48,785 nt of DNA from positions 1-48,785 of the forward strand of contig DAOWJB010000076.1 of NCBI GenBank assembly GCA_030640625.1, written 5' to 3'. Shown in pieces: positions 28,897 to 38,208 of the stretch (positions are counted from its first letter, which is position 1; every line of letters begins with the position of its first letter). This stretch comes from Bacteroides sp. Lineage in GTDB: Bacteria; Bacteroidota; Bacteroidia; Bacteroidales; SM23-62. The notes beneath the pieces are model-generated. The model saw nothing but the letters and a program-made list of their open reading frames with translations. It was not told the DNA's origin and ran no database searches. The position numbers were made by a program, and so were the translations under genes.

Positions 28897-30198
28897 ATGA
28901 CCATTCAGAAGATCGTGTTCAGGTTGAATAAATCCTTGATCGCCGGTGCATTGCTGGTCTTCATTGGGTTGGCGGAGCTTGTCTCCCAGGAAGCATTTTA
29001 TACAGATTGTATTTACCTTCCCACCATCAAATCTGTTCAGCTCCACAGGGCCGGTTGGGATATGACCTATCCCATTATTGAATTAAACAGTGCCGATCAG
29101 CTGGAACTCCGTTTTGATGACCTCAGCGATGCGGTAAAGAATTATTCCTATACAATTGAACATTGTGATGCAGACTGGATGCCATCGAATCTCAGCGTGG
29201 ATGAATATATTGATGGATTCAACCATCAGCCCCTTCAGGATTATTCCCTGTCCTTTAACACCCATGTAAACTATGTTCATTACAAAGTGGTATTGCCGAA
29301 TGATGACATGGGAATAAGGATATCCGGTAATTATGTCTTTAAGATATTCGAGGACTTTGACGAAAGTAACCTTGTACTCGTACAGCGTTTTTCAGTAGCA
29401 GAGCCCCTGGTCAGTATCCATGGAAATGCCGGCCGGCCGGTCGCAGATCCATACAGGGATGACGGTCACCAGATTAGCTTCAAGGTTTTGCTGGGATCGG
29501 TTAGCATCAATGATCCGTATTCCGAGATCAAGGTTGCGATACAGCAGAACAACCGCTGGAATATGTCCATAAGAAACCTGAAGCCGCTCTTTATCACGGA
29601 CGAAATGCTGGATTATGACCATCAGTCACAAAATATTTTCAAGGGCGGAAATGAATACCGCTATTTTGATATCAAAAGCATGCGCTATCAGGCAGAAATG
29701 GTCCGGGATATCCAGTACAAGCCACCTCATTACCACGTTTACCTGGTCCCCGATGAACTCCGGTACAATGGCCGTTATTTTTTCCGGGGCGACCTGAACG
29801 GCCGTTATTATATTGAGGTCCAGGAAGGCGTAAAGAGACATACGGAATCAGATTATGTGCATGTTCACTTCACGCTTCCAATGCCGGTACCTGTTGTTGA
29901 TGGTAAGCTTTATGTATGCGGTGCCCTGTCTAACTGGCAGTGCAATGAATCGAACCAGCTGTCGTATAACTTTGAAACAAAATCATACGAACTTGAGCTG
30001 CTTCTGAAACAGGGATATTATAATTATGAATATGTATTTGTCCGGGATGGATCAAGGTTTCCTGATGCCACCTATATTGAAGGGAGTCATTATGATACAG
30101 AAAATGATTATGTGATCTATGTTTACCTGACTACGAACACCTCCAGGTATGACAGGTTAATAGGTTACCAGATCCTGAACTCTATCAGAAAGAACTGA
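28897..30198 (+). CDS. DUF5103 protein (type IX secretion system Plug-like)
   Basis: L.FDDL, Y.I.HC.ADW, SFNT...Y.HY, SGNY, GGNEYR.FD, LLKQGYYNY, EG.HY.TEN.Y. Confidence 0.85.
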   Translation: MTIQKIVFRLNKSLIAGALLVFIGLAELVSQEAFYTDCIYLPTIKSVQLHRAGWDMTYPIIELNSADQLELRFDDLSDAVKNYSYTIEHCDADWMPSNLSVDEYIDGFNHQPLQDYSLSFNTHVNYVHYKVVLPNDDMGIRISGNYVFKIFEDFDESNLVLVQRFSVAEPLVSIHGNAGRPVADPYRDDGHQISFKVLLGSVSINDPYSEIKVAIQQNNRWNMSIRNLKPLFITDEMLDYDHQSQNIFKGGNEYRYFDIKSMRYQAEMVRDIQYKPPHYHVYLVPDELRYNGRYFFRGDLNGRYYIEVQEGVKRHTESDYVHVHFTLPMPVPVVDGKLYVCGALSNWQCNESNQLSYNFETKSYELELLLKQGYYNYEYVFVRDGSRFPDATYIEGSHYDTENDYVIYVYLTTNTSRYDRLIGYQILNSIRKN

Positions 30199-30202
30199 CC
30201 GT

Positions 30203-30760
30203 TTACAGCCCGATCTCCTCCCCGATCTCTTTCATGGCATTCAGGCTGATCTCAACAAATTCCTGCAGCGGGATGCCAATCTTTTCACATTCCATGATGA
30301 TGTCCCTGTTCACAGAGGCTGCAAAAGCCTTTTGCTTCATTCTTTTCACAATGGATTTTGGCTTTACCGGAGCGATTTTTCGGTCAGGATAAACCAGCGC
30401 AGTAGCATAGATAAGTCCGGTTATCGTTTCCCCGGCAGCCAGCGCATGCTGAAATTCTGTTTCTCGCTGCAACCCCGTAGCCATCTCATTATGCATGCTA
30501 ATGGCATCCAGCACATCCTCATCCAGGTCAAAATCCTTTAAAAGTTCCCTGGCTTTCAGCGAATGCACTTTGGGATCCGCATTTGTGACCTCCACATCGA
30601 TATCATGCAACAATCCGGTAAGTGCCCATTTTTCCTCATCCCTGTCCAGTCTTCTTGCCAATGCACGCAAAACGGCTTCTGAAGACAGGGAATGATAGAT
30701 CATTTTCTGGTTTTTTATGTATCCGTTCAGGAGATTCCAGGCTTCATCACGTGTAATCAT
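30203..30760 (-). CDS. HD/HDIG metal-dependent phosphohydrolase
   Basis: H...GLLHDID...H...HN, TGLI.ATAL..P, K.KAFAA.V.R. Confidence 0.87.
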   Translation of the reverse strand: MITRDEAWNLLNGYIKNQKMIYHSLSSEAVLRALARRLDRDEEKWALTGLLHDIDVEVTNADPKVHSLKARELLKDFDLDEDVLDAISMHNEMATGLQRETEFQHALAAGETITGLIYATALVYPDRKIAPVKPKSIVKRMKQKAFAASVNRDIIMECEKIGIPLQEFVEISLNAMKEIGEEIGL

Positions 30761-30773
30761 TCTATCTTGTTAT

Positions 30774-30781
30774 TAATTTTG
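30774..30781 (+). promoter_or_regulatory. -7 box for the DUF1858 gene
   Basis: TAATTTTG ends 24 nt before ATG 30806. Confidence 0.5.
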
Positions 30782-30805
30782 TACCAAAATATTGAAAATA
30801 AACCT

Positions 30806-31027
30806 ATGCAGAAAGAGATTGACGCAAAGATTTCGATTGAGGACCTGGTGGATATTCTGCCGGCATCTGCCAGTTACCTGTCTGGAAAGGGCATCAGATG
30901 CATTGCCTGTGGCGAGCCCATCTGGGGTACCCTCGAAGAAGCAGCACTTGAAAAAGGATTCGGACAGGAAGAAATCAATGGATTTGTCAGGGAATTGAAT
31001 GAACTCCTGCGAGGGGGAGAAGAATGA
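30806..31027 (+). CDS. DUF1858-like small CxxC protein
   Basis: 73 aa: I.DLV...P.....L...GIRCIACGEP...TLEEAA..KG. Confidence 0.8.
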   Translation: MQKEIDAKISIEDLVDILPASASYLSGKGIRCIACGEPIWGTLEEAALEKGFGQEEINGFVRELNELLRGGEE

Positions 31028-31073
31028 TTCCTGTTATCAGGAATTGAACATTATCCCTCGGAATGCGTTTTGG

Positions 31074-31081
31074 TATATTTG
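31074..31081 (+). promoter_or_regulatory. -7 box for PTPS-folE
   Basis: TATATTTG; its position supports ATG 31129 rather than 31063. Confidence 0.45.
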
Positions 31082-31128
31082 GAAAAGAGCTTGAAAATGA
31101 CTCAATTTACATTTTGAAACCGCTTACA

Positions 31129-31542
31129 ATGATCTATCTTACTAGAAGAGAACGTTTCAATGCTGCTCACAGGCTTTACCGTGAAGATTGGTCTGAGGAG
31201 AAGAATATGGATGTTTTTGGAAAGTGTTCAAACCCGAACTGGCACGGACATAATTATATCCTGTTCGTCACGGTAAAGGGAGAAATGAAACCTGAATTGG
31301 GTTATGTTGTTGATCTGAAAGTGCTCGGCCAGGTCATACGGGAGAAAATCATCGACAGACTCGACCATAAAAACATTAATCTCGAGGTAGATTTCATGAA
31401 AGGCAGGATGGCGTCAACAGAGCATATCGCCATGGCCATCTGGAAAGAACTTGATTCGCATATACTTGCCCTGGATGTGGAGCTTCACCGGATACGCCTT
31501 GAAGAAACGGAGAATAATTTTGTAGAATATTTTGGAAATTAA
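31129..31542 (+). CDS. 6-pyruvoyl-tetrahydropterin synthase family (PTPS/QueD superfamily), CX5HGH subtype
   Basis: [38 protein letters not shown]. Confidence 0.9.
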   Translation: MIYLTRRERFNAAHRLYREDWSEEKNMDVFGKCSNPNWHGHNYILFVTVKGEMKPELGYVVDLKVLGQVIREKIIDRLDHKNINLEVDFMKGRMASTEHIAMAIWKELDSHILALDVELHRIRLEETENNFVEYFGN

Positions 31543-31553
31543 GCCCATATCCT

Positions 31554-32192
31554 ATGGAAATCATTAATAACGGTGCCGGACCGGCAGAAAACGAAGGGTA
31601 CAACAGGATAGATAAATTCAATGATGAAAAAACCGAAATATTAACCGGCCTTTATAAGAATGTCCTTGATACCCTAGGAGAAGACATCCGGAGGGAGGGC
31701 CTGGACCAAACCCCGAACCGGGTGGCAAAATCCATGCAGTTTCTAACGCAAGGATACGGGACTGATCCTGATCAGATTATTTCACAGGCCATGTTCAGAG
31801 AAGATTATAATGAGATGGTAATCGTAAAGGATATTGATGTTTTTTCCCTTTGTGAACATCATCTGATCCCTTTCCTGGGAAAAGCCCATGTTGCTTATAT
31901 ACCCAATGGTTACATTACAGGTTTAAGCAAGATCGCACGGGTGGTGGAGGCCTTTGCAAGAAGGCTTCAGGTACAGGAACGGCTGACCATGCAGATCCGT
32001 GACTGTCTCGAAACCACGCTCAAGCCGCTGGGAGTCGCAGTGGTAATAGAGGCCAAGCATCTTTGCATGGTAATGCGGGGCATCCAGAAACAAAATTCCG
32101 TGACAACTACCTCCGCTTTTACAGGTGAATTCCTCAATAATACCAGCACACGGGGAGAGTTCATCCACCTGATCGGCACGGGCCTGCATTAA
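31554..32192 (+). CDS. folE: GTP cyclohydrolase I
   Basis: [43 protein letters not shown]. Confidence 0.97.
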   Translation: MEIINNGAGPAENEGYNRIDKFNDEKTEILTGLYKNVLDTLGEDIRREGLDQTPNRVAKSMQFLTQGYGTDPDQIISQAMFREDYNEMVIVKDIDVFSLCEHHLIPFLGKAHVAYIPNGYITGLSKIARVVEAFARRLQVQERLTMQIRDCLETTLKPLGVAVVIEAKHLCMVMRGIQKQNSVTTTSAFTGEFLNNTSTRGEFIHLIGTGLH

Positions 32193-32207
32193 AAGATTCC
32201 ACCTACA

Positions 32208-32312
32208 GGCAAATATCAGTTTGCTCTGCATTTGAGTAATACTGTTTGAGTCCCGATCTAACGGATCGGGGCGAGTTGTTTTTACGAAAGAGCAGAGTAA
32301 TCTGATTTTGCC
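32208..32312. ncRNA. 105-nt long interrupted hairpin (structured RNA or repeat element, class unknown)
   Basis: GGCAAA-ATCAG/CTGAT-TTTGCC, TTGCTCTGC/GCAGAGTAA and apical CCCGATC-TAACG-GATCGGG. Confidence 0.5.
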
Positions 32313-32323
32313 GTTATTTTCCT

Positions 32324-32331
32324 TACTTTTG
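32324..32331 (+). promoter_or_regulatory. -7 box for fabD
   Basis: TACTTTTG ends 29 nt before the ATG. Confidence 0.5.
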
Positions 32332-32360
32332 TCGAAATTTTTAACAATCAATTTTTTAGG

Positions 32361-33233
32361 ATGAAAGCATTTGTATTCCCCGGCCAGGGGGCACAATTCC
32401 CTGGAATGGGCAAAGATCTGTACGAAGAATATTCCGAGGCCAAAGACCGTTTCGAAGAAGCCAATGAAATACTCGGTTTCAATATCACCGGACTGATGTT
32501 TGATGGAACCGAGGAAGACCTCCGCCAGACGAAGGTAACACAGCCAGCCATATTTCTACATTCGGTGATCCTGGCTGGCACAATCGAGGATTTCCGGCCG
32601 GAAATGGTGGCTGGACATTCCCTTGGGGAGTTTTCCGCACTGGTGGCTAATAGATCACTTTCATTTGCTGATGGACTTAAACTCGTTTCAAAAAGGGCTT
32701 CCGCCATGCAAAAAGCCTGTGAGGCAGAAGCTTCCACTATGGCAGCTATACTCGGACTGGATGATGAAGTCGTGGAAAAAGTCTGCACTGAGATCCCGGA
32801 CGTGGTGGTCCCAGCCAATTATAACAGTCCAGGTCAGATCGTTATTTCAGGATCTATCGCGGGAATAGATAAAGCCGTTGAGAAATTATCCGGTCTTGGT
32901 GCAAAACGAGCCATCAAGCTGAGCGTTGGCGGCGCGTTTCATTCACCATTGATGGAACCGGCCAGGCAAGAACTTGAAACCGCCATCATGAACACCCCCT
33001 TCTCTACACCGTTATGTCCTGTTTACCAGAACTTTACAGCTCTGCCAACGAGTGATTCGGATACCATCAAGAACAACCTGATGGCACAGCTCACAGCTCC
33101 CGTCAGGTGGACCCAGACCATTCAGAACATGCTGCATGATGGTGCCTCATCTTTCACGGAAGTGGGACCCGGGAAGGTCCTCCAGGGACTGATCAGGAAA
33201 GTCGACAGGGAGGTACCCACAGCCAGTGCATAG
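32361..33233 (+). CDS. fabD: Malonyl-CoA:ACP transacylase
   Basis: FPGQGAQ, TQPA, GHSLGE, GAFHS, EVGPGKVL. Confidence 0.97.
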   Translation: MKAFVFPGQGAQFPGMGKDLYEEYSEAKDRFEEANEILGFNITGLMFDGTEEDLRQTKVTQPAIFLHSVILAGTIEDFRPEMVAGHSLGEFSALVANRSLSFADGLKLVSKRASAMQKACEAEASTMAAILGLDDEVVEKVCTEIPDVVVPANYNSPGQIVISGSIAGIDKAVEKLSGLGAKRAIKLSVGGAFHSPLMEPARQELETAIMNTPFSTPLCPVYQNFTALPTSDSDTIKNNLMAQLTAPVRWTQTIQNMLHDGASSFTEVGPGKVLQGLIRKVDREVPTASA

Positions 33234-33262
33234 CAGACCGGTCAGCCTGGGTGTGTATATTT

Positions 33263-33295
33263 ACTATGATTGTCGGACTGACTATCATAGTTTTT
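33263..33295 (+). terminator. Intrinsic terminator after fabD
   Basis: ACTATGAT-T-GTC-GGACT-GAC-T-ATCATAGT followed by TTTT. Confidence 0.55.
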
Positions 33296-33298
33296 AGC

Positions 33299-33306
33299 TA
33301 AATTTG
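33299..33306 (+). promoter_or_regulatory. -7 box for thrABC
   Basis: TAAATTTG directly after the fabD terminator. Confidence 0.55.
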
Positions 33307-33361
33307 CTTCTTTCATTAAAAATCAGAACATTAAGACCTATCCTGCTTTACAATTGATATT

Positions 33362-35788
33362 ATGAAGGTATTAAAATTCGGAGGATCCTCAGTTGGCACA
33401 CCGGAATGCATTCTGAGGGTTAAAACCATCGTTGAGAGCCAGGTTGAACCAAGTATTGTAGTAGTTTCTGCTTTCCAGGGCGTTACAGATCAATTAATCA
33501 AGGTAAGCAAGCTGGCAATGGAAAGGGAAGAAGCTTACAAGGATCTATTATCTGAGACCGAGCAAAGGCATTACCAGGCTGTCAAGGAACTTTTCCGGGT
33601 TAACCAGCAAAGCAATATCCTGGCTGGGATAAAAGTATTGATCAATGAACTGGAAGAGACCCTGCATGGTGTTTTTCTCCTGCAGGACCTGACAGCGAAA
33701 ACCCAGGATACAATCCTCAGTTTCGGAGAGCGATTGTCCTCATTCATCATCTCGCTTATAATCAACGATGCCTACCTGGTGGAAATCAGGGACCTGATCA
33801 AGACGAACAGTCAGTATAGCAAGGCCCAGGTCCTTTTCAACCAGAGCTATCCACTGATCGCGGAACACTTTAAATCCCTCCAAAAATATGCGGTTGTCCC
33901 GGGCTTCATCGCAAGCAATGAAAAGGGAGAGACAACCACCCTGGGACGTGGCGGATCAGATTACACGGCAGCCATCATTGCTGCGGGAGTTGATGCATCT
34001 GTCCTGGAAATCTGGACAGACGTGGATGGTTTTATGACAGCAGATCCGCGAAAGGTAGAGAAGGCCTATGCCATCGAATCATTGAGTTATGCTGAAGCCA
34101 TGGAATTGTCGCATTTCGGTGCGAAGGTTCTGTATACACCCACAATCCATCCGGTCCTTGATAAAAGAATACGCATTCATATCAAGAATACATTTTCTCC
34201 TGAAAAGAAAGGGACCCTGATCGGCATGCAGGAGATCGTTCCCAACCAATCACCCATCAAAGGGATCTCGTCCATTGACCAGGTTGATCTTATTACCCTG
34301 CAGGGTTCCGGCATGGTAGGCGTCACCGGTACTTCCATGCGCCTGTTCACGGCGCTTGCCGGACGGAATATCAATATCATCCTGATCACTCAGGCCTCCT
34401 CAGAGTATTCCATCAGTTTCGCCATACATCCAGACGGTACTCAGGAAGCAGAGCAAGCCATAAGGGAAGAATTTCACCATGAGATTGAGATCATTCATTC
34501 CATCAGGATCCTCGTGGAAAGAGACCTTTCGGTCATCGCTATTGTCGGCGAGAGAATGCGGCATACCCCCGGTATCTCTGCTAAATTGTTTCAGGCAATG
34601 GGACGTAACGGGATCAACGTGATCGCGATAGCCCAGGGATCCTCGGAGCTGAATATCTCCGTGGTGATCAGTCACCACAGCCTGCGGAAGGCAATGAATG
34701 TGATCCATGAAGGATTCTTCCTGTCTCATTACAAGGAACTTCACCTCTTCCTGGTGGGTGTCGGGACCGTAGGTTCCAGGCTGCTGAATCAAATCCGCAA
34801 CCAGCAAGAAAAGCTGTTGCTTCATCATCACCTCAAGGTTAACCTGATAGGCTTATCCAACTCTAAAAAGATGATCATCGATCACAATGGCATTGATATC
34901 GAAAGTTATAAAGACCTGCTCAGCGAGGGACAACCAACCGATTTGCAGGCTTTCTCCAACCGGATCGCAGAACTGAACCTGCGGAACAGTGTATTCATTG
35001 ATTGCACGGCAGCATCCGAGGTAGCTGAAGGCTATAAACAGCAGTTCAATAATTACGTTTCGGTAGTCACGGCCAACAAGATTGCATGTTCATCTGCCTA
35101 TGAGAATTACAAGGATCTGAAAAACACCGCACAGACAAAAGGCGTGAAATTCATTTTTGAGACCAATGTGGGCGCAGGCCTTCCCATCATCAATACGATG
35201 AACGACCTGATCAACAGCGGCGACAGAATCCTTGAACTGGAGGCCGTTTTGTCTGGTACACTCAATTACATATTCAATACCCTGGATAAGGATAACCGCC
35301 TGAGTGATGTGATCCGGCAGGCGAAGGAACTTGGCTATTCTGAACCGGATCCCAGAATTGACCTGAGTGGCATTGATGTCATTCGCAAACTCATCATCCT
35401 GTCAAGAGAGTCCGGCTACAAGATCGAGGAAAAACAGGTGAAAGTTACGCCCATCCTCCCAAAGGAATGTTTTGAAGGCAGCCTGGACGAATTCTGGCAA
35501 AAAGTTAGCAACTACGATGAGGAATTTGAGAAAGAACGGGCAGCGCTGGAAAAGAAAAATATGAAATGGCGTTTTGTGGCCCGGCTGAAGGAGGGCAAAG
35601 CTTCCGTAAGCCTTACTGAGGTTGGGATGGATCATCCCCTGTTCCCCCTGGAAGGAAGTAACAACATCATCATGATCACCACGGAAAGGTATAAGGAACA
35701 CCCCATGATCATTAAGGGATACGGAGCCGGTGCAGAAGTAACTGCCGCCGGATTGTTTGCCGATGTTATCCGGATAGCGAATATCTAG
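33362..35788 (+). CDS. thrA: Bifunctional aspartokinase / homoserine dehydrogenase I
   Basis: KFGGSSV, TTLGRGGSD, two ACT domains, GVGTVG, ETNVGAGLP, GYGAG. Confidence 0.97.
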   Translation: MKVLKFGGSSVGTPECILRVKTIVESQVEPSIVVVSAFQGVTDQLIKVSKLAMEREEAYKDLLSETEQRHYQAVKELFRVNQQSNILAGIKVLINELEETLHGVFLLQDLTAKTQDTILSFGERLSSFIISLIINDAYLVEIRDLIKTNSQYSKAQVLFNQSYPLIAEHFKSLQKYAVVPGFIASNEKGETTTLGRGGSDYTAAIIAAGVDASVLEIWTDVDGFMTADPRKVEKAYAIESLSYAEAMELSHFGAKVLYTPTIHPVLDKRIRIHIKNTFSPEKKGTLIGMQEIVPNQSPIKGISSIDQVDLITLQGSGMVGVTGTSMRLFTALAGRNINIILITQASSEYSISFAIHPDGTQEAEQAIREEFHHEIEIIHSIRILVERDLSVIAIVGERMRHTPGISAKLFQAMGRNGINVIAIAQGSSELNISVVISHHSLRKAMNVIHEGFFLSHYKELHLFLVGVGTVGSRLLNQIRNQQEKLLLHHHLKVNLIGLSNSKKMIIDHNGIDIESYKDLLSEGQPTDLQAFSNRIAELNLRNSVFIDCTAASEVAEGYKQQFNNYVSVVTANKIACSSAYENYKDLKNTAQTKGVKFIFETNVGAGLPIINTMNDLINSGDRILELEAVLSGTLNYIFNTLDKDNRLSDVIRQAKELGYSEPDPRIDLSGIDVIRKLIILSRESGYKIEEKQVKVTPILPKECFEGSLDEFWQKVSNYDEEFEKERAALEKKNMKWRFVARLKEGKASVSLTEVGMDHPLFPLEGSNNIIMITTERYKEHPMIIKGYGAGAEVTAAGLFADVIRIANI

Positions 35789-35791
35789 AAC

Positions 35792-36724
35792 GTGGATAAT
35801 GGAGTACATATATACTCGCCGGCTACGGTGGCCAATGTGGGACCCGGATTTGATATCCTTGGATTTGCCTTGAACCAGCCTGGAGATGAGATCCTGGTTG
35901 AAAAATCCGGAGAAAATGTACACAGCATCATAAACCAATCAGGACTTAGTTTACCCCTGGATCCTGTCAAAAACGTATCCACCGTTGCCATCGATTCCAT
36001 GCTGAACCAACTGGGAAGCACCCAGAAATTCCGCCTGACCTTCTTAAAAAAGATAGCACCCGGCAGTGGGATCGGTTCAAGTGCGGCCAGTTCTGCAGGA
36101 GCTGTTTATGGTGCCAACCATCTCCTGGGAAGTCCATTTACAAACCGGGAGCTGGTGCCTTTTGCCATGAAAGGAGAAGAGGCAGCAAGTGGTTCTGCCC
36201 ATGCGGACAATGTTGCCCCGGCCCTGCTTGGTGGATTTGTCCTGGTCAGGAGTTATGACCCCCTGGATATCATAAGTATTCCCGGACCGGATCAGCTTTA
36301 TTGCAGCGTGGTACACCCGGATATAAGTATTGCCACGAAGGACAGCCGCAAGATCCTGAAAACCACTGTATCCCTCGAGAAGGCAATAACCCAGTGCGGG
36401 AATGTGGCGGGATTGGTAACCGGACTGATTACCAGAGATTACCGATTGATCAGTGACTCGATGCATGACGTAATTGCTGAACCCGTCCGGTCTTTCCTCA
36501 TCCCGGAATACGAGAAAGTAAAAAAAGCCGCCCTTGAGGCCGGCGCCCTGGGATGCAGCATATCAGGTTCAGGGCCATCCATCTTTGCGCTCAGCGAGCA
36601 TGAGGACATTGCAGTCAGGGCCGGGAAGGCCATGGAAAATATCTTTACCGTCGCAGGGATCGGCAGCAATGTTTTTATTTCACAGGTTAATAAGCAGGGC
36701 ATGAATGTCATGACTAGCGAATAA
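35792..36724 (+). CDS. thrB: Homoserine kinase
   Basis: PATVANVGPGFD, GSGIGSSAAS, HADNVAP, SGSGPS; GTG start. Confidence 0.95.
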   Translation: MDNGVHIYSPATVANVGPGFDILGFALNQPGDEILVEKSGENVHSIINQSGLSLPLDPVKNVSTVAIDSMLNQLGSTQKFRLTFLKKIAPGSGIGSSAASSAGAVYGANHLLGSPFTNRELVPFAMKGEEAASGSAHADNVAPALLGGFVLVRSYDPLDIISIPGPDQLYCSVVHPDISIATKDSRKILKTTVSLEKAITQCGNVAGLVTGLITRDYRLISDSMHDVIAEPVRSFLIPEYEKVKKAALEAGALGCSISGSGPSIFALSEHEDIAVRAGKAMENIFTVAGIGSNVFISQVNKQGMNVMTSE

Positions 36725-38025
36725 TGAATTATTACAGCACCGGGAACAGACAGCTCAGGCGGTCACTGAAGGACGCGGTCCTCGATGGACTTGCCCCGGA
36801 TGGTGGACTCTATATGCCTGAAAGTATACCGGTCCTCCCAAAGGAACAATTGCATTCATTTAAGACCAAAACCTTCCCGGAGATCTCCCGGGAAATTGCG
36901 TTAAGCCTGTTCCATGAGGACCTGCCGGAACCGGATATCATAAGGATTACAGATTCAGCCATCAATTTTGACACCCCTCTGGTAAAGGTGGAAGATGGAA
37001 TCTATACCCTGGAATTGTTTCACGGTCCAACATTGGCATTCAAAGACGTGGGCGCCCGCTTCATGGCCCGAATGTTGGAACATTTTACCAGGGGACTCAA
37101 CCAGAAAATCAATGTCCTTGTGGCCACATCTGGTGATACCGGAAGTGCTGTGGCCAGTGGTTTTTTAAACGTAGAAGGTGTCCAGGTATTCATCCTTTAC
37201 CCTTCTGGTGGTGTAAGTAAGCTCCAGGAGATGCAATTGACTACACTTGGAGGCAATATAACGGCACTGGAGATATCGGGAACCTTTGATGACTGTCAAA
37301 GATTGGTGAAATCGGCTTTCCAGGACAGTGATCTCACAAAAAATATGATCCTGACCTCGGCAAATTCAATCAACCTTGCCCGCCTGCTTCCCCAGTCATT
37401 TTATTATTTCAATGCCTGGGCCAGGCTTTCGGAAAACCAGGAATTTTATGTCTCGGTACCCAGTGGTAACTTTGGAAATCTTACCGCCGGATTGATTGCC
37501 GGTAAAATGGGATTGCCGGTAAAGCATTATATCGTTGCCACCAATGTTAATGATGTAGTTCCCGAGTACCTGGATACAGGGAAATATCGCCCCCGGCCTT
37601 CCATAGCCACCATAGCCAATGCCATGGATGTGGGCAATCCAAGTAATTTTGCGAGGATCCTGGATCTTTATGGTCATTCCCATGAGACTATCCTTGATGT
37701 CATGAGTGCATATTCCTATACTGATAAGGAGCTTAAAGAAACCATGGGGGATGTTTACCGCCGTACAGGGTACCTGCTTGATCCGCATGGTGCTGCGGGT
37801 TATCAGGCCTTAAAACAGCATGCCCCAAAAGAGGAAGGAATTTCAGGAGTATTCCTTGAAACTGCCCACCCTGGAAAATTTAGCCTGACGGTTGAAGAAG
37901 TGATCCAATCCACTATTGAGATCCCCGAAAAGCTGAAGCAGGCATCTTCAAAGGAAAAAGTTAGTATACCGCTAACAAGCGAATTCTCAGAATTGAAGGA
38001 ATTCCTGGTTCAAACTGTACGTTAA
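36724..38025 (+). CDS. thrC: Threonine synthase
   Basis: GLAPDGGLY, ELFHGPTLAFKD, ATSGDTG, SANSIN, PSGNFGN. Confidence 0.97.
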   Translation: MNYYSTGNRQLRRSLKDAVLDGLAPDGGLYMPESIPVLPKEQLHSFKTKTFPEISREIALSLFHEDLPEPDIIRITDSAINFDTPLVKVEDGIYTLELFHGPTLAFKDVGARFMARMLEHFTRGLNQKINVLVATSGDTGSAVASGFLNVEGVQVFILYPSGGVSKLQEMQLTTLGGNITALEISGTFDDCQRLVKSAFQDSDLTKNMILTSANSINLARLLPQSFYYFNAWARLSENQEFYVSVPSGNFGNLTAGLIAGKMGLPVKHYIVATNVNDVVPEYLDTGKYRPRPSIATIANAMDVGNPSNFARILDLYGHSHETILDVMSAYSYTDKELKETMGDVYRRTGYLLDPHGAAGYQALKQHAPKEEGISGVFLETAHPGKFSLTVEEVIQSTIEIPEKLKQASSKEKVSIPLTSEFSELKEFLVQTVR

Positions 38026-38208
38026 TCAGGCAGGATCGCACCTTGTTCCTTCATTCTACCTTGATAATCTGTGCGCCGGCCGTGTAGGACCCAGTGATTT
38101 TACTATCTCCTTTGTGGTGATATGAGAATCGTTTTAAAACCCTTACCACTTTGAGGTAAATGTTTACTGGCACAAAATCCAGCTTGGTTTTTTATTCATT
38201 AACCGAAC

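Noticed and set aside
332-31128. Longest-ORF 5' extensions (332, 4323, 12507, 21542, 21547, 28742, 30692, 31063)
   Set aside because: The extensions overlap promoter boxes or neighbouring genes, or precede the family N-terminus; downstream ATGs fit better.
31129-31542. Gene symbol queD
   Set aside because: Motif spacing is CX5HGH rather than CX3HGH, and no que genes are adjacent.
33234-33361. thr leader peptide, attenuator or riboswitch
   Set aside because: There is no Thr/Ile-rich mini-ORF. The hairpin lies upstream of the thr -7 box and is better explained as the fabD terminator.
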